Of a stretch of DNA of 64,000 bases, positions 18,866 through 29,378 are shown piece after piece; the stretch's first letter is position 1; each line of letters opens with the position of its first letter. The notes below the pieces were generated by a model. The model was not told the DNA's origin. It ran no database searches and saw only the letters and a program-made list of their open reading frames with translations. The translations under genes and the position numbers were made by a program. This DNA comes from Gloeobacterales cyanobacterium (lineage in GTDB: Bacteria; Cyanobacteriota; Cyanobacteriia; Gloeobacterales; PMM-0068): the NCBI GenBank assembly GCA_038245785.1, contig JBBRSB010000022.1, positions 20,632-84,631 of the forward strand, written 5' to 3'.

Positions 18866-20176
18866 CTACAAAGCCTGAAAACGCACCTTCAATCCATCTT
18901 TTGGCCGACGGGTCGGGATAATAACAGGCTCCAAACTCTGTCCAGGTAAGAGATCCCAGCGATAACTCCGCAGCAGATGGGACACAATAATCTTCATTTC
19001 CATCTTGGCAAAAGCGATTCCGACGCAAACTCGGGGACCACCGCCAAAACCAATCAGGCTAAAGGGCTGACGCTTAGGCTGCTGGTCTACACTCCAACGG
19101 TCGGGATCGAAGCGTTCCGGCTCAGGATAAACCGTGGATAGACGATGGGTTATCAAAATAGAGTACTGGGCCAACCAACCAGCGGGAATGTGAAAGCCGT
19201 TAAATTCAAAGGGTTTAATTACACCCCGAAATCCACCAGCCACCGGAGGATGGAGCCGCTCTACTTCACACATAATTTGGTCTAGGTAGGGCATCTGTCC
19301 CATCTGTTCTAAACTCAACGGTCCTTTTACGGTCAGCGACCCCTGCTCTGCTCGTGCTCGTTCCAAAACTTCAGGATGACGGCCCATCTCCAAACAAATC
19401 CAGGTCAGCATCGCCGTAGTTGTCTCGTGACCCGCAAAAAGCATCAGCATCGCCTGCGCTTTCAGTTCTTTCAGGCTCAGACGATTGCCTTCTTCATCCT
19501 GTGCCTGAATCAAAAGGCTCAGTGCATCTTGGGTGGGCCTTTTCTGGCGCTCCTCAATCACGGCTTCCAGATGTTCAAAAATCTGGTTACGGGCTTCCAC
19601 CCCTCGTCCTAAAGAAGTCCAGGGAAAAGGAACCGGACTCAGGGAGAATAAGCCATCGGTCAAGGTAGTGAATAGCTTGCTCAAGCGTTCGACTTCAGGC
19701 CCGGAACTGGTCCCTAACAGAAGCTGACTGGCAATGTCAAAGGTCAACTGTTTGTACTGATCGAACCAAACGAACTCCCTTTGCTGCTCCCATTTTTTGA
19801 AATATTGGAAGGCAATCGTTTCCATAGTTGAGAAATAACTAGCCAAAGCCGGACCATGCAAAGCAGGCATGATTAGGCGGCGATTGCGACGATGTTCTTC
19901 CCCTTCCTGGAGAAAAAGGGATTCGCCGAGCAACGTTTTAAAAGTATCGGGCCAGCCATCACGCCAGGAAAAGTGGTCCATATGGCTGGAGAGAACAAAT
20001 TCCACTGCTTCCAGGCCAACCATAAATACCGTGGGTCTACCGATAATGTTGGACTTGAAAACGGGTCCATAGGCTTCATAGCGCTTAGAAATGAATTCAG
20101 GATTAAACAAGAACTCCAGGGACTCTCCAACAAGCGGAAGCCCCGTAGTCCCAGGAGGCAGTTTTAGATTTGGCAT
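18866..20176 (-). CDS. cytochrome P450 (CYP120-like)
   Basis: AGHETT, EVER, PERFDP, FGGGPRVCVG heme motif. Confidence 0.93.
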   Translation of the reverse strand: MPNLKLPPGTTGLPLVGESLEFLFNPEFISKRYEAYGPVFKSNIIGRPTVFMVGLEAVEFVLSSHMDHFSWRDGWPDTFKTLLGESLFLQEGEEHRRNRRLIMPALHGPALASYFSTMETIAFQYFKKWEQQREFVWFDQYKQLTFDIASQLLLGTSSGPEVERLSKLFTTLTDGLFSLSPVPFPWTSLGRGVEARNQIFEHLEAVIEERQKRPTQDALSLLIQAQDEEGNRLSLKELKAQAMLMLFAGHETTTAMLTWICLEMGRHPEVLERARAEQGSLTVKGPLSLEQMGQMPYLDQIMCEVERLHPPVAGGFRGVIKPFEFNGFHIPAGWLAQYSILITHRLSTVYPEPERFDPDRWSVDQQPKRQPFSLIGFGGGPRVCVGIAFAKMEMKIIVSHLLRSYRWDLLPGQSLEPVIIPTRRPKDGLKVRFQAL

Positions 20177-20281
20177 TGAAGTTTTTCATGAGTCTCCAAC
20201 TTCCATGTAACACCCTAGAGCATGTAGGCTTAGCATTTTTCATAGGTTAGTCTGGGGAACGAACCTCAAAGAGAACGTCGG

Positions 20282-21247
20282 ATGAAAACACGGACCCTCG
20301 GCACCTCTGGAATTCAGATCTCCCCGATCCTGATGGGCACCTGGCAAGCAGGCAAACGCATGTGGGTTGGGATTGAAGATGCAGACACGATCAAAGCGAT
20401 CCGGGCGGCGGTAGAGGCAGGAATTACGACAATTGATACCGCTGAAGTCTATGGGGAAGGGCACTCAGAGCGTATTGTCGGGGAAGCCCTCCAGGATGTA
20501 CGGGACCGTGTTGTTTATGCCACCAAAGTTTTTGCCAATCATCTGCAACATGACCAGGTAATCGCAGCCTGTGAGCAGTCGTTAAAAAACCTGCGCACAG
20601 ATTACATTGACCTCTATCAGATACACTGGCCTGCCGGTGCTTTTGGTAACGCCCTCGTGCCAATTGAAGAAACGATGTCAGCCCTAAGTGAACTCAAGAA
20701 ACAAGGCAAGATTCGAGCAATCGGGGTATCCAATTTTTCACAAGAACAGCTAAAAGAAGCGGCTCAGTATGGACGAATTGATAGCGTGCAACCGCCCTAC
20801 TCCCTCTTTTGGCGCAAGATTGAAAAAGATCTCATGCCGTACTGTGTCGAGCACCAAATTTCTATCTTGGCCTACTCTTCCCTGGCCCAAGGGCTGCTCA
20901 CGGGCAAGTTTAGTCCAGAGCACCAGTTTGACTCAGCCGATAACCGGGCGAAGAATCAACTCTTTCAAGGAGAAACCTATCAGCGGGCTCAGCAAGCTTT
21001 AGCTCGATTACGCCCTCTGGCTGAATATCATCAGACTACCCTCGGCAATCTTGCTTTGGCCTGGTTGCTCGCCCAGCCTCAAGCGAATGCGATCGTGGGC
21101 GCACGCAAGGCCGAACAGGCTATCCAGAATGCAAAAGCGGCTGACCTTCTATTATCGTCTGAGGAATTAGCTGAAATCGATAGGATTGGACGCACGGTCA
21201 CGGACCATTTGGATGACAATCCGATTATGTGGATCTGGAGTGCGTAG
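20282..21247 (+). CDS. aldo/keto reductase
   Basis: DTAEVYG, YATKV, IDLYQIHWP, IGVSNF. Confidence 0.92.
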   Translation: MKTRTLGTSGIQISPILMGTWQAGKRMWVGIEDADTIKAIRAAVEAGITTIDTAEVYGEGHSERIVGEALQDVRDRVVYATKVFANHLQHDQVIAACEQSLKNLRTDYIDLYQIHWPAGAFGNALVPIEETMSALSELKKQGKIRAIGVSNFSQEQLKEAAQYGRIDSVQPPYSLFWRKIEKDLMPYCVEHQISILAYSSLAQGLLTGKFSPEHQFDSADNRAKNQLFQGETYQRAQQALARLRPLAEYHQTTLGNLALAWLLAQPQANAIVGARKAEQAIQNAKAADLLLSSEELAEIDRIGRTVTDHLDDNPIMWIWSA

Positions 21248-21374
21248 AGTCTGCCGTTAATCTTGCATCGCAACTATAAAACAGAACAGGAGGTTAAGGC
21301 TTTTGGAGGATAGCCTGTACTCGGCACATCTACGGATAACATGAGCTTCAAGCGTCTCGTCCCAGGAAATTACT

Positions 21375-23912
21375 ATGCAAACCGTACCTGATCCAAAAGC
21401 TGAATCTTTAGCCATGAAAGTAGAAGATGACCGTACAGGTTTGAGCACCGAAACCATCAAACGAGCCATCCTCGATAACCTTTTTTATGTTCAGGGCAAG
21501 TTTCCAACCATTGCCACCACCCATGACTACTACATGGCTCTGGCCTATACCGTGCGCGACCGATTGCTCCAACACTGGATTAACTCTGCCGTAGCCTATA
21601 CGAAAGAAGGTTCACGGACTGTGGCCTATCTCTCCGCAGAATTTTTGATGGGACCCCACCTAGGCAATAACTTGATTAACCTGGGGCTCTATGACCAGGT
21701 AAAAGCAGCGGTCCAAGAACTGGGCTTAGACTTTGATGAATTGCTGGACCTCGAAGAAGAACCTGGATTAGGGAATGGTGGTCTGGGTCGTTTGGCGGCC
21801 TGCTATCTCGACTCTATGGCGACCTTGGAAATTCCATCCCTTGGTTATGGTATTCGCTACGAATTTGGCATTTTCAAGCAAGATATCCGAGACGGTTGGC
21901 AAGTCGAAGTCACAGATAAATGGTTGCGCTACGGCAATCCCTGGGAAGTTGCTCGTCCTGAGTGGGCGGTAGAAGTGAAACTGGGTGGTCACACAGAAGG
22001 CTACACCGATGAACGGGGCCGCTATCGCGTCCGTTGGGTGCCCTATCAAGTCGTGATGGGAATTCCCCACGACACACCGATTTTGGGCTACAAAGTCAAC
22101 ACGGCCAATACTCTCAGACTCTGGAAGGCAGAAGCAGCGGAATCCTTCGATTTTGCGGCCTTCAACTCTGGGGATTATCTAGGCGCAGTCCAGGAAAAGA
22201 TGGTCTCAGAAAATCTTTCCAAGGTGCTCTATCCCAATGACGATTCCTCCCAAGGCAAGCGCCTACGTTTAGCCCAGCAAATATTCTTCGTATCCTGCTC
22301 CCTGCAAGACATGATCCGGATCATGTCCCGCCAAAATCTTGCGCTAGAGCGATTCCATGAGAAGTTCGTTATTCAATTGAACGATACCCACCCAGCTATC
22401 GCTGTTGCTGAGCTAATGCGTCTCTTGATCGACGAGCATGGCCTGTCCTGGGATACAGCCTGGAATATTACCACTAAAACCTTTGCCTATACCAACCACA
22501 CCCTGCTCCCAGAAGCCCTAGAGCGTTGGCCGATCGGTTTATTTGGGGAACTGCTGCCCAGACATTTGGAAATCATCTACGAAATCAACAGCCGTTTTCT
22601 CGATGATGTCCGCATCAAATTCCCAGAGGATGACGGTCGCATTGAACGGATGTCGATTATTGAAGAGCATGGAGAGCGCTATGTGCGCATGGCCCATTTA
22701 GCCTGTGTAGGTAGCAAGGCAATAAATGGTGTCGCCGCTCTGCACAGTGAACTGATGAAACAGGATGTGCTGCGCGATTTCTATGAAATGTATCCTGCCA
22801 AATTCAGCAATAAGACCAATGGTGTAACACCCCGTCGTTTCATGGTCTTGGGCAATCCCAGACTAACCAAGCTGATCACCAGCAAGATTGGTGATAGCTG
22901 GATCAAGCATCTCGATGAACTCAAGCAATTAGAAGCTTTTGTGGATGACCCAGAATTCTGCCGTGAATTCAAAAACATCAAACACGCCATCAAGCAGGAC
23001 CTCGCCACCTATGTTCAAAAGAACTACGGCCTGGAACTAGATCCCAACTCTCTCTTCGATATGCAATCCAAACGGATTCATGAATACAAGCGTCAGCATT
23101 TGAACGCCCTCCACATCATTACGCTCTACAACCGCATCAAAGCCAATCCTGATATCGACATCACGCCCCGGACATTCCTTTTCGGTGGGAAAGCAGCTCC
23201 TGGCTACCACATGGCAAAGTTGATCATCAAACTGATCACCTCGATTGGCGATGTCGTAAACCGAGACCCGGATGTGCGCGGAAGGCTGAAAGTACTGTTC
23301 TTGAAAAATTACAGCGTCAAGTTTGCCCAATGGGTTTACCCAGCTGCTGACCTCTCTGAACAAATATCCACTGCGGGCAAGGAAGCTTCCGGCACGGGCA
23401 ACATGAAGTTTGCGATGAATGGAGCACTGACGATTGGGACCTTAGATGGGGCCAATGTGGAAATTAGAGAAGAAGTGGGTGCAGAGAATTTCTTCCTCTT
23501 TGGTTTGACAGAAGAAGAAGTCGTGGCGAAGAAGGCGGCAGGATACCGTCCTCGGGACTACTACGAGAACAATGCCGAATTAAAGCGTGTGATTGACCGT
23601 ATTGCCTCCGGTTTCTTCTCCCACGGTGACTCTCATCTATTCACACCGATAGTAGACCACCTCTTGAATTACGATTCCTACATGCTCTTGGCGGATTATC
23701 AGTCCTACATAGAGTGTCAAGACAGGGTCAGCCAAGCCTACAAAGACCAGGACCAGTGGACCCGGATGGCGATTCTCAATGTGGCGCGTATGGGTAAGTT
23801 CTCCTCAGACCGTTCCATTCGTGATTACTGCGAAGATTTCTGGGCAGTGAAGCCCGTTAAGATCTCGCTCGAAGATTACATTTGGGAATCAGGGGTGCGG
23901 AGACAGCCGTAG
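21375..23912 (+). CDS. glgP: glycogen/alpha-glucan phosphorylase
   Basis: GLGNGGLGRLAAC, QLNDTHP, KRIHEYKRQ, EASGTGNMK. Confidence 0.96.
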   Translation: MQTVPDPKAESLAMKVEDDRTGLSTETIKRAILDNLFYVQGKFPTIATTHDYYMALAYTVRDRLLQHWINSAVAYTKEGSRTVAYLSAEFLMGPHLGNNLINLGLYDQVKAAVQELGLDFDELLDLEEEPGLGNGGLGRLAACYLDSMATLEIPSLGYGIRYEFGIFKQDIRDGWQVEVTDKWLRYGNPWEVARPEWAVEVKLGGHTEGYTDERGRYRVRWVPYQVVMGIPHDTPILGYKVNTANTLRLWKAEAAESFDFAAFNSGDYLGAVQEKMVSENLSKVLYPNDDSSQGKRLRLAQQIFFVSCSLQDMIRIMSRQNLALERFHEKFVIQLNDTHPAIAVAELMRLLIDEHGLSWDTAWNITTKTFAYTNHTLLPEALERWPIGLFGELLPRHLEIIYEINSRFLDDVRIKFPEDDGRIERMSIIEEHGERYVRMAHLACVGSKAINGVAALHSELMKQDVLRDFYEMYPAKFSNKTNGVTPRRFMVLGNPRLTKLITSKIGDSWIKHLDELKQLEAFVDDPEFCREFKNIKHAIKQDLATYVQKNYGLELDPNSLFDMQSKRIHEYKRQHLNALHIITLYNRIKANPDIDITPRTFLFGGKAAPGYHMAKLIIKLITSIGDVVNRDPDVRGRLKVLFLKNYSVKFAQWVYPAADLSEQISTAGKEASGTGNMKFAMNGALTIGTLDGANVEIREEVGAENFFLFGLTEEEVVAKKAAGYRPRDYYENNAELKRVIDRIASGFFSHGDSHLFTPIVDHLLNYDSYMLLADYQSYIECQDRVSQAYKDQDQWTRMAILNVARMGKFSSDRSIRDYCEDFWAVKPVKISLEDYIWESGVRRQP

Positions 23913-23995
23913 ATCCATCAGGCGTCGGATCGGGTTTTGATCGGCCTGCGGTTAGGGCGGATTGGGATTCCAATCCATAACCATCACGATCGGGG

Positions 23996-24031
23996 GTCCC
24001 TAGAGACGCGATATATTGCGTCTCTAGGGAC
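23996..24031. repeat. REP-like palindrome
   Basis: gtccctagagacgcgata|tattgcgtctctagggac, one mismatch; TAGAGACGCG...GCGTCTCTA core of GTAG-family REPs. Confidence 0.75.
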
Positions 24032-24229
24032 GTTATGGGGTGATTCCATCGATTGGTGAATGACCATAATTCCATCCAATTGAATTGGATAAATGGGTAT
24101 AGTGAAAAATTTTGATTCGGGGCCTCATACTTACAAAAAATGGACAACGGGCTTATTCCAGATAGATGCACTAGACTCAAGTAGAGGGGTGTGTTGAGCT
24201 ATTTGCCACGTATCGCTGGAGGGCTAACT

Positions 24230-26200
24230 ATGCCCGTTGAAACAGATGGTAAGCCGACGAAAGATATTAAACCTAAACAATTCGGCAGCAGTCTACTCCT
24301 TCTGTTGGGAGCCCTGCTCATTTTAAACCTGACGATTATTCCTAGCTTTATTCCTCGTCCACAACCAGTGGAATCTTCCTACAGTGATTTTGTCTCCAAG
24401 GTGCAGGCTGGAGAAGTAGACCGGGCGCTGATAGCTCCCGACCGTATCCAGTACGTGCTCAAATCTGACCGGAAAGCAGAGCCTGGTTCACCGGCTGCAA
24501 CCGATAAAAAAATCGAGTCTTACGCCAAGGTTTACAACACTACTCCTGTAGCCATAGACCTAGATTTGCCAAAGATTTTGCGAGAAAACAAAGTCGACTT
24601 CTCTGCACCTCCTCCTAGTAGTGACGGCTGGATCTCTACCCTGATTGGTTGGGTAGCCCCTCCCTTGATCTTCTTTGGCATCTGGTTTTGGTTGATGAGC
24701 CGCACACAGGCGGGAGGACCGGCAGCACTAACCGTGGGCAAGAGCAAAGCCCGTATTTATTCTGAAGGCAGCACAGGTGTCACTTTTGCCAATGTAGCGG
24801 GCGTCGATGAAGCGAAGGCCGAACTGCAAGAAATTATTGATTTTCTGAAAAATGCGGGTAAATACACGCGTTTAGGAGCCAAAATCCCAAAAGGAGTACT
24901 GCTTGTTGGGCCTCCAGGTACGGGTAAAACGCTATTAGCGAAAGCCGTTGCTGGGGAAGCGGGCGTGCCGTTCTTTAGTATTTCTGGATCGGAATTTATT
25001 GAACTGTTTGTCGGTATTGGGGCCGCTAGAGTGCGAGACCTTTTTGAGCAAGCAAAACAGCAAGCGCCCTGCATCGTATTTATCGATGAATTGGATGCCC
25101 TGGGTAAATCGCGGGGTGGTCCTGGTCCTTTTATGGGCGGGAATGATGAGCGAGAACAGACGCTGAATCAGCTTCTGGCAGAGATGGATGGCTTCGATAC
25201 CAATGTAGGAGTTATTCTCCTCGCCGCCACCAACCGTCCAGAAGTGCTGGACCCGGCCCTCCGTCGCCCTGGCCGCTTTGACCGGATGGTCGTGGTAGAC
25301 CGCCCCGATAAGATTGGCCGCGAAGCGATTCTCAAAGTCCATGCTTCCAAGGTCAAGCTCGCGCCGGATGTGGATCTAGGCATCATTGCTGTCCGCACTC
25401 CAGGATTTGCTGGGGCAGACTTAGCGAACTTGGTTAATGAAGCAGCCCTCTTAGCTGCCCGACGCAATGCTGATACCGTCATGACGGCAGACCTTAATGA
25501 AGCGATTGAGCGGGTCATCGGGGGACTGGAGAAAAAGTCTCGTATCCTCAACGAGATCGAGAAAAAGACCGTTGCCTATCACGAAGTAGGCCATGCGCTG
25601 GTGGCCGCAATCATGCCTGGAGCAGGCAAAGTGGAGAAAATCTCGATTGTGCCGCGCGGTGTTGGCGCTTTGGGCTATACGCTCCAGCTGCCGGAAGAAG
25701 ACCGCTTCCTAATGGTGGAAGATGAGATTCGAGGCCGGATTGCAACGCTCTTGGGAGGCCGTTCAGCCGAAGAAGTTATCTTTGGAAAAGTATCCACGGG
25801 CGCTAGTGATGACATTCAGAAAGCTACAGACTTGGCAGAACGGACCGTCACCATCTATGGCATGAGTGATGATCTCGGACCGATAGCTTATGAAAAGACA
25901 CAGCAACAATTTCTAGAAGGCTATTCCAATCCTCGTCGCTCTGTTGGCGCTAAACTGGCCGAAGAGATTGATCGGGAAGTAAAAGAGATTATTGATGGAG
26001 CCCACCATATGGCCCTCTTCATCTTAAAGAGCAATCAGAAGCTGTTAGAAGAAACAGCCCAGATACTCTTACAGAAGGAAGTTCTAGAAGGTCCAGAATT
26101 GCGCAAACAGCTCAATCAAGTAGCAATTCCAGAACATCTAGACCTTTGGTTACAGACGGGCAAGCTATCAGAAGAAACTCAGTTGCGGATACTGCGCTGA
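24230..26200 (+). CDS. ftsH: ATP-dependent zinc metalloprotease FtsH (FtsH4-like)
   Basis: Two TM helices, [40 protein letters not shown] 24230 has a GGAGG RBS. Confidence 0.95.
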   Translation: MPVETDGKPTKDIKPKQFGSSLLLLLGALLILNLTIIPSFIPRPQPVESSYSDFVSKVQAGEVDRALIAPDRIQYVLKSDRKAEPGSPAATDKKIESYAKVYNTTPVAIDLDLPKILRENKVDFSAPPPSSDGWISTLIGWVAPPLIFFGIWFWLMSRTQAGGPAALTVGKSKARIYSEGSTGVTFANVAGVDEAKAELQEIIDFLKNAGKYTRLGAKIPKGVLLVGPPGTGKTLLAKAVAGEAGVPFFSISGSEFIELFVGIGAARVRDLFEQAKQQAPCIVFIDELDALGKSRGGPGPFMGGNDEREQTLNQLLAEMDGFDTNVGVILLAATNRPEVLDPALRRPGRFDRMVVVDRPDKIGREAILKVHASKVKLAPDVDLGIIAVRTPGFAGADLANLVNEAALLAARRNADTVMTADLNEAIERVIGGLEKKSRILNEIEKKTVAYHEVGHALVAAIMPGAGKVEKISIVPRGVGALGYTLQLPEEDRFLMVEDEIRGRIATLLGGRSAEEVIFGKVSTGASDDIQKATDLAERTVTIYGMSDDLGPIAYEKTQQQFLEGYSNPRRSVGAKLAEEIDREVKEIIDGAHHMALFILKSNQKLLEETAQILLQKEVLEGPELRKQLNQVAIPEHLDLWLQTGKLSEETQLRILR

Positions 26201-26226
26201 CTTAAGGGACATAAGGGGAAAAGCCA

Positions 26227-27366
26227 TCATTTCTGAACAGTGAACCATTTGTCGTAGAGCCTTTGATACGTTCCATTTTCTTTAAGGGTCAACAGGGCTT
26301 TATTCACGAGTTCACGGTACGGGCTATTCGTAGGGAAAACAATGCCGTAATTCTCTTCCCGAAACACCGGACCTACTACCTGGACCTTTCCTTTTCCACC
26401 GTGGGCAGAGTAGTAGAGAAGGACAGGAGCATCAAAAACGACTGCATCCGCTCGCCCTTTCGCAAGAGCTTCATAGGCTTGCTCAATGCGAGGAAACTTC
26501 AGTGTTTGAATGTTCTGTTTCTGTAAGAAGGCTGATGATGTACTACCAGCAATGGTGGCAACAGGCTTGCCGGGAAGGTCTTGTGGCCCTTGGATATTTC
26601 CTTGCAGCTGCTGTACGGTAAGTTCTGTAGTCACGGTAGCAGTGAAAAGCGCGACAAAAATTACGCTAGTAAACATCCAAATGATAGCAACTACTCGACC
26701 GAGAGCACTCCTTGGCATCGCATCCGCTTGCGTAGCCAAGGTAGAAGCAGCCCACCAGACCGCTTCGAAAATACCAGGGAAATAGGACTTGCTTACAACC
26801 ATTCCCTCTGCTCTTCCTCGCTCGGAAAAATAGACCAGGTGAGCGGGTATCAGCACAATCAGGAAAAAGACCCCAACGAGTTGAAGTAGGGCTGGAGAGG
26901 CGATAATTGTCCATAGACTGGGACTGTTACTGACAGAATCACCAGGCACTAAAATCTGAAGTCCTGAATCAAAAATAGGCTGAGAGAAATCAAAATCCTG
27001 TTCTCGCTCGGCAGTAATTGAGATGGCAGCAATTCCCATATCTGCTTTCCCCGTTTTAGTCGCAGCAAGTAGCTCTGCCACGGTACTTTTTACCGCAAAC
27101 TCAGATTTCATATTCAGTTGTTCAGCGATACTCTGCCATAGATCAACGCTAAATCCAACCAATTGGCCCTCTTGTTCAAAGACAAAGGGGGGAACGATTC
27201 GGGTGGCTACTTGTAAAGGCTCTGTATTTTTTTGAGAATATACAGGATTCACCATCACTAGTAGCATCAAAAAGACACATGCCAAATTCAAAAATAGCTT
27301 TAGCCTTTGGTTTTTACAGATTTGAAGCTTCCAAATATTCAGATTCATATCTTTTGAGAGATGCAA
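26227..27366 (-). CDS. GluR0-like protein: split amino-acid-binding domain with an inserted 2TM pore module
   Basis: PPFVF...GFSVDLW...AAISITAEREQDFDFSQP; M1, pore helix EAVWWAAST, M2 FTATVTT; YGIVFP...NGTYQRLYDKWF; start uncertain. Confidence 0.8.
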   Translation of the reverse strand: MHLSKDMNLNIWKLQICKNQRLKLFLNLACVFLMLLVMVNPVYSQKNTEPLQVATRIVPPFVFEQEGQLVGFSVDLWQSIAEQLNMKSEFAVKSTVAELLAATKTGKADMGIAAISITAEREQDFDFSQPIFDSGLQILVPGDSVSNSPSLWTIIASPALLQLVGVFFLIVLIPAHLVYFSERGRAEGMVVSKSYFPGIFEAVWWAASTLATQADAMPRSALGRVVAIIWMFTSVIFVALFTATVTTELTVQQLQGNIQGPQDLPGKPVATIAGSTSSAFLQKQNIQTLKFPRIEQAYEALAKGRADAVVFDAPVLLYYSAHGGKGKVQVVGPVFREENYGIVFPTNSPYRELVNKALLTLKENGTYQRLYDKWFTVQK

Positions 27367-27419
27367 TTTCCAGGATAGTACGTTTAAGTTAGCTCTAAAG
27401 CAGCAAATCCTTCAGCCAA

Positions 27420-28466
27420 CTAGGCTACATAAGCCTTTAAAGCATTAATCAACTGGATATTTTGTTCATGTGTCCGTATAGAAACTCGGAAGTAGGCATC
27501 ACCCAGTAGAGCAAAACTACCACAGTGACGAATCAAAACATGTGCATCCTTTAATAGTTGTTCTTGCAGGGAATGAGTAGAGAATTGGCTATGGATTAAA
27601 AGGAAATTGACAACACTCGGCAAAGGAGTTAGTCTCTTCAATTTAGCGATTTCTGTAGATAAAAAAGCCCGTTCTTCCTGAAGCCAAGTCAAAGTTTTTA
27701 CGCAGAAATCTGTATTTTCTAAAACTAAGACGCCCAGTCTTTGCGCCAAGCCATTGACGGCCCAAGGGTCACGCCAAGCTTGCCAGCGGGCTAAGCGGTC
27801 AGGATGGGCAATGGCATAGCCTAATCGGATCCCAGCCAAAGAGTAAAACTTCGTCAAAGAACGGAGGACAACTAAGTTGGGATATTGGGCCACCAGGGGG
27901 ATAAAACTTTGGGTTTCACCGCCAGGGACAAAATCCAGAAAAGCTTCGTCCACCAGAACGAGATCATAGTTCTCCAGAAGCGATTCCAGGTGCTTTCGGG
28001 CGAAGAGTTTTCCTGAAGGATTATGGGGGTTATTCAGGATGAGCCCCATGCCTCCTGCTAAATCCGGCAAATCAAATAGGGGAATCGTCATGTCCAGGGT
28101 AACTAGCGGCACCTCAAAACTATCTAAAGCTCTTTGGTAATCAGCAAAAGCTGGCCTGACCAGCGTGACCGTCCCCCCCTGCCGAGCAAAATCACGAGCC
28201 ATCCAGGTGAGCAGTTCTGCCGCTCCATTACCGGGCAAAATCCAGTCAGGGTCGAGGCCATGATGTTGAGCTAAAGCTTTGCGCAGTTCCCAGGCTTCCG
28301 GGTCGGGATAATCGGTTAGGAGTGCAGGTTCTCGGCGCAGCAGTTCCTCTACATCCACCGGAGGACCGAAAGGATTGATACTGGCGGAAAAATCTAGGAT
28401 TTCCTCAGGCACGCATCCAGCTCTAAGGCTAGCCTGGTACCGATTGCCACCGTGTCTGGGAATCAT
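27420..28466 (-). CDS. cobD: L-threonine-O-3-phosphate decarboxylase (cobalamin synthesis)
   Basis: HGGN, DFSASINP, GNGAAEL, NNPHNPSG, VDEAF, RSLTKFYSLAGIRLGY. Confidence 0.85.
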   Translation of the reverse strand: MIPRHGGNRYQASLRAGCVPEEILDFSASINPFGPPVDVEELLRREPALLTDYPDPEAWELRKALAQHHGLDPDWILPGNGAAELLTWMARDFARQGGTVTLVRPAFADYQRALDSFEVPLVTLDMTIPLFDLPDLAGGMGLILNNPHNPSGKLFARKHLESLLENYDLVLVDEAFLDFVPGGETQSFIPLVAQYPNLVVLRSLTKFYSLAGIRLGYAIAHPDRLARWQAWRDPWAVNGLAQRLGVLVLENTDFCVKTLTWLQEERAFLSTEIAKLKRLTPLPSVVNFLLIHSQFSTHSLQEQLLKDAHVLIRHCGSFALLGDAYFRVSIRTHEQNIQLINALKAYVA

Positions 28467-28473
28467 AAAGACC

Positions 28474-28554
28474 TGCGGACGAAAGGACTTGAACCTTCAC
28501 GAGTTACCCCACTGGCTCCTAAGACCAGCGCGTCTACCATTCCGCCACGTCCGC
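28474..28554 (-). tRNA. trnL: tRNA-Leu(TAG), CCA not encoded
   Basis: GCGGACGTGGCGGAATGGTAGACGCGCTGGTCTTAGGAGCCAGTGGGGTAACTCGTGAAGGTTCAAGTCCTTTCGTCCGCA; long variable arm, anticodon loop CTTAGGA. Confidence 0.97.
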
Positions 28555-28563
28555 TCAGACTCA

Positions 28564-29328
28564 CTATTCTATGTCAAAAGGGTCCATCGCATATCCAACA
28601 TTTGTAAGACATAGACCAACTGGAGGAGCAGCAAAATTGGTGGTTGCCCGACTGCGACTGCGCCAACGCTGCTCAAATTCTTCTACATTGCAGGTTCCTC
28701 GCCCTACCTCTTGCACCAAAGTCCCTACCAGCAAGCGCATCATGCCGTAGAGGAAACCACTGGCGCGAACGCGAATTTGAATCAGGTCTCCCTGTCGTTC
28801 ACAGCCGACCATCAATACTTCTAGCTTAGAATGTGTCCTCTTACTCCCCGCCCGGCGGAAGGTTTCCAGTTCCTGCAGCCCAAGCAGGGTTTCAAGAGCT
28901 TCAGCGATCAAGGAGGCATCTAGGGGCTGATAGTAAAACCAGGCTCTGTCTCTCAGAAAGAGATTAGGAGTACTGCTGTTATGGATGGTGTAGCAATATT
29001 CCCGCCACAAAGCATTAAAACGACTGTGCCAATCGGGGGGAACCTCCGCCGCCGCCCGTACCAAGATATCTGCGGGCAGACGAGCATTGAGCGGGCGAGG
29101 CCAGCGATAGGCAGGAATAGGACTTTTTGTATCAAAATGAACTACCTGACCAGCAGCATGAACGCCCGCGTCGGTTCTGCCCGCACCGTGAATGCGAGAA
29201 AACTCGCCCGTCATTTCTAGAACGGCGCCCTCTAGCTCTTCCTGGACAGAACGAGCCTTCTCCTGATGTTGAAAGCCATGAATATGAGTGCCCAGATACT
29301 GGACCTTAAGTGCGATGCGGGTAGACAT
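28564..29328 (-). CDS. truA: tRNA pseudouridine(38-40) synthase
   Basis: GAGRTDAGVHA, FLYGMMRLLVG, APPVGLCL. Confidence 0.95.
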   Translation of the reverse strand: MSTRIALKVQYLGTHIHGFQHQEKARSVQEELEGAVLEMTGEFSRIHGAGRTDAGVHAAGQVVHFDTKSPIPAYRWPRPLNARLPADILVRAAAEVPPDWHSRFNALWREYCYTIHNSSTPNLFLRDRAWFYYQPLDASLIAEALETLLGLQELETFRRAGSKRTHSKLEVLMVGCERQGDLIQIRVRASGFLYGMMRLLVGTLVQEVGRGTCNVEEFEQRWRSRSRATTNFAAPPVGLCLTNVGYAMDPFDIE

Positions 29329-29378
29329 AGATCAGACGCTGTTCAGCATTCGGGCCGTGAATGCACTTATAGCATCAA

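Noticed and set aside
23857..24180. 107-aa minus-strand ORF between glgP and ftsH
   Set aside because: Overlaps the glgP end and a REP-like palindrome; no recognisable motif
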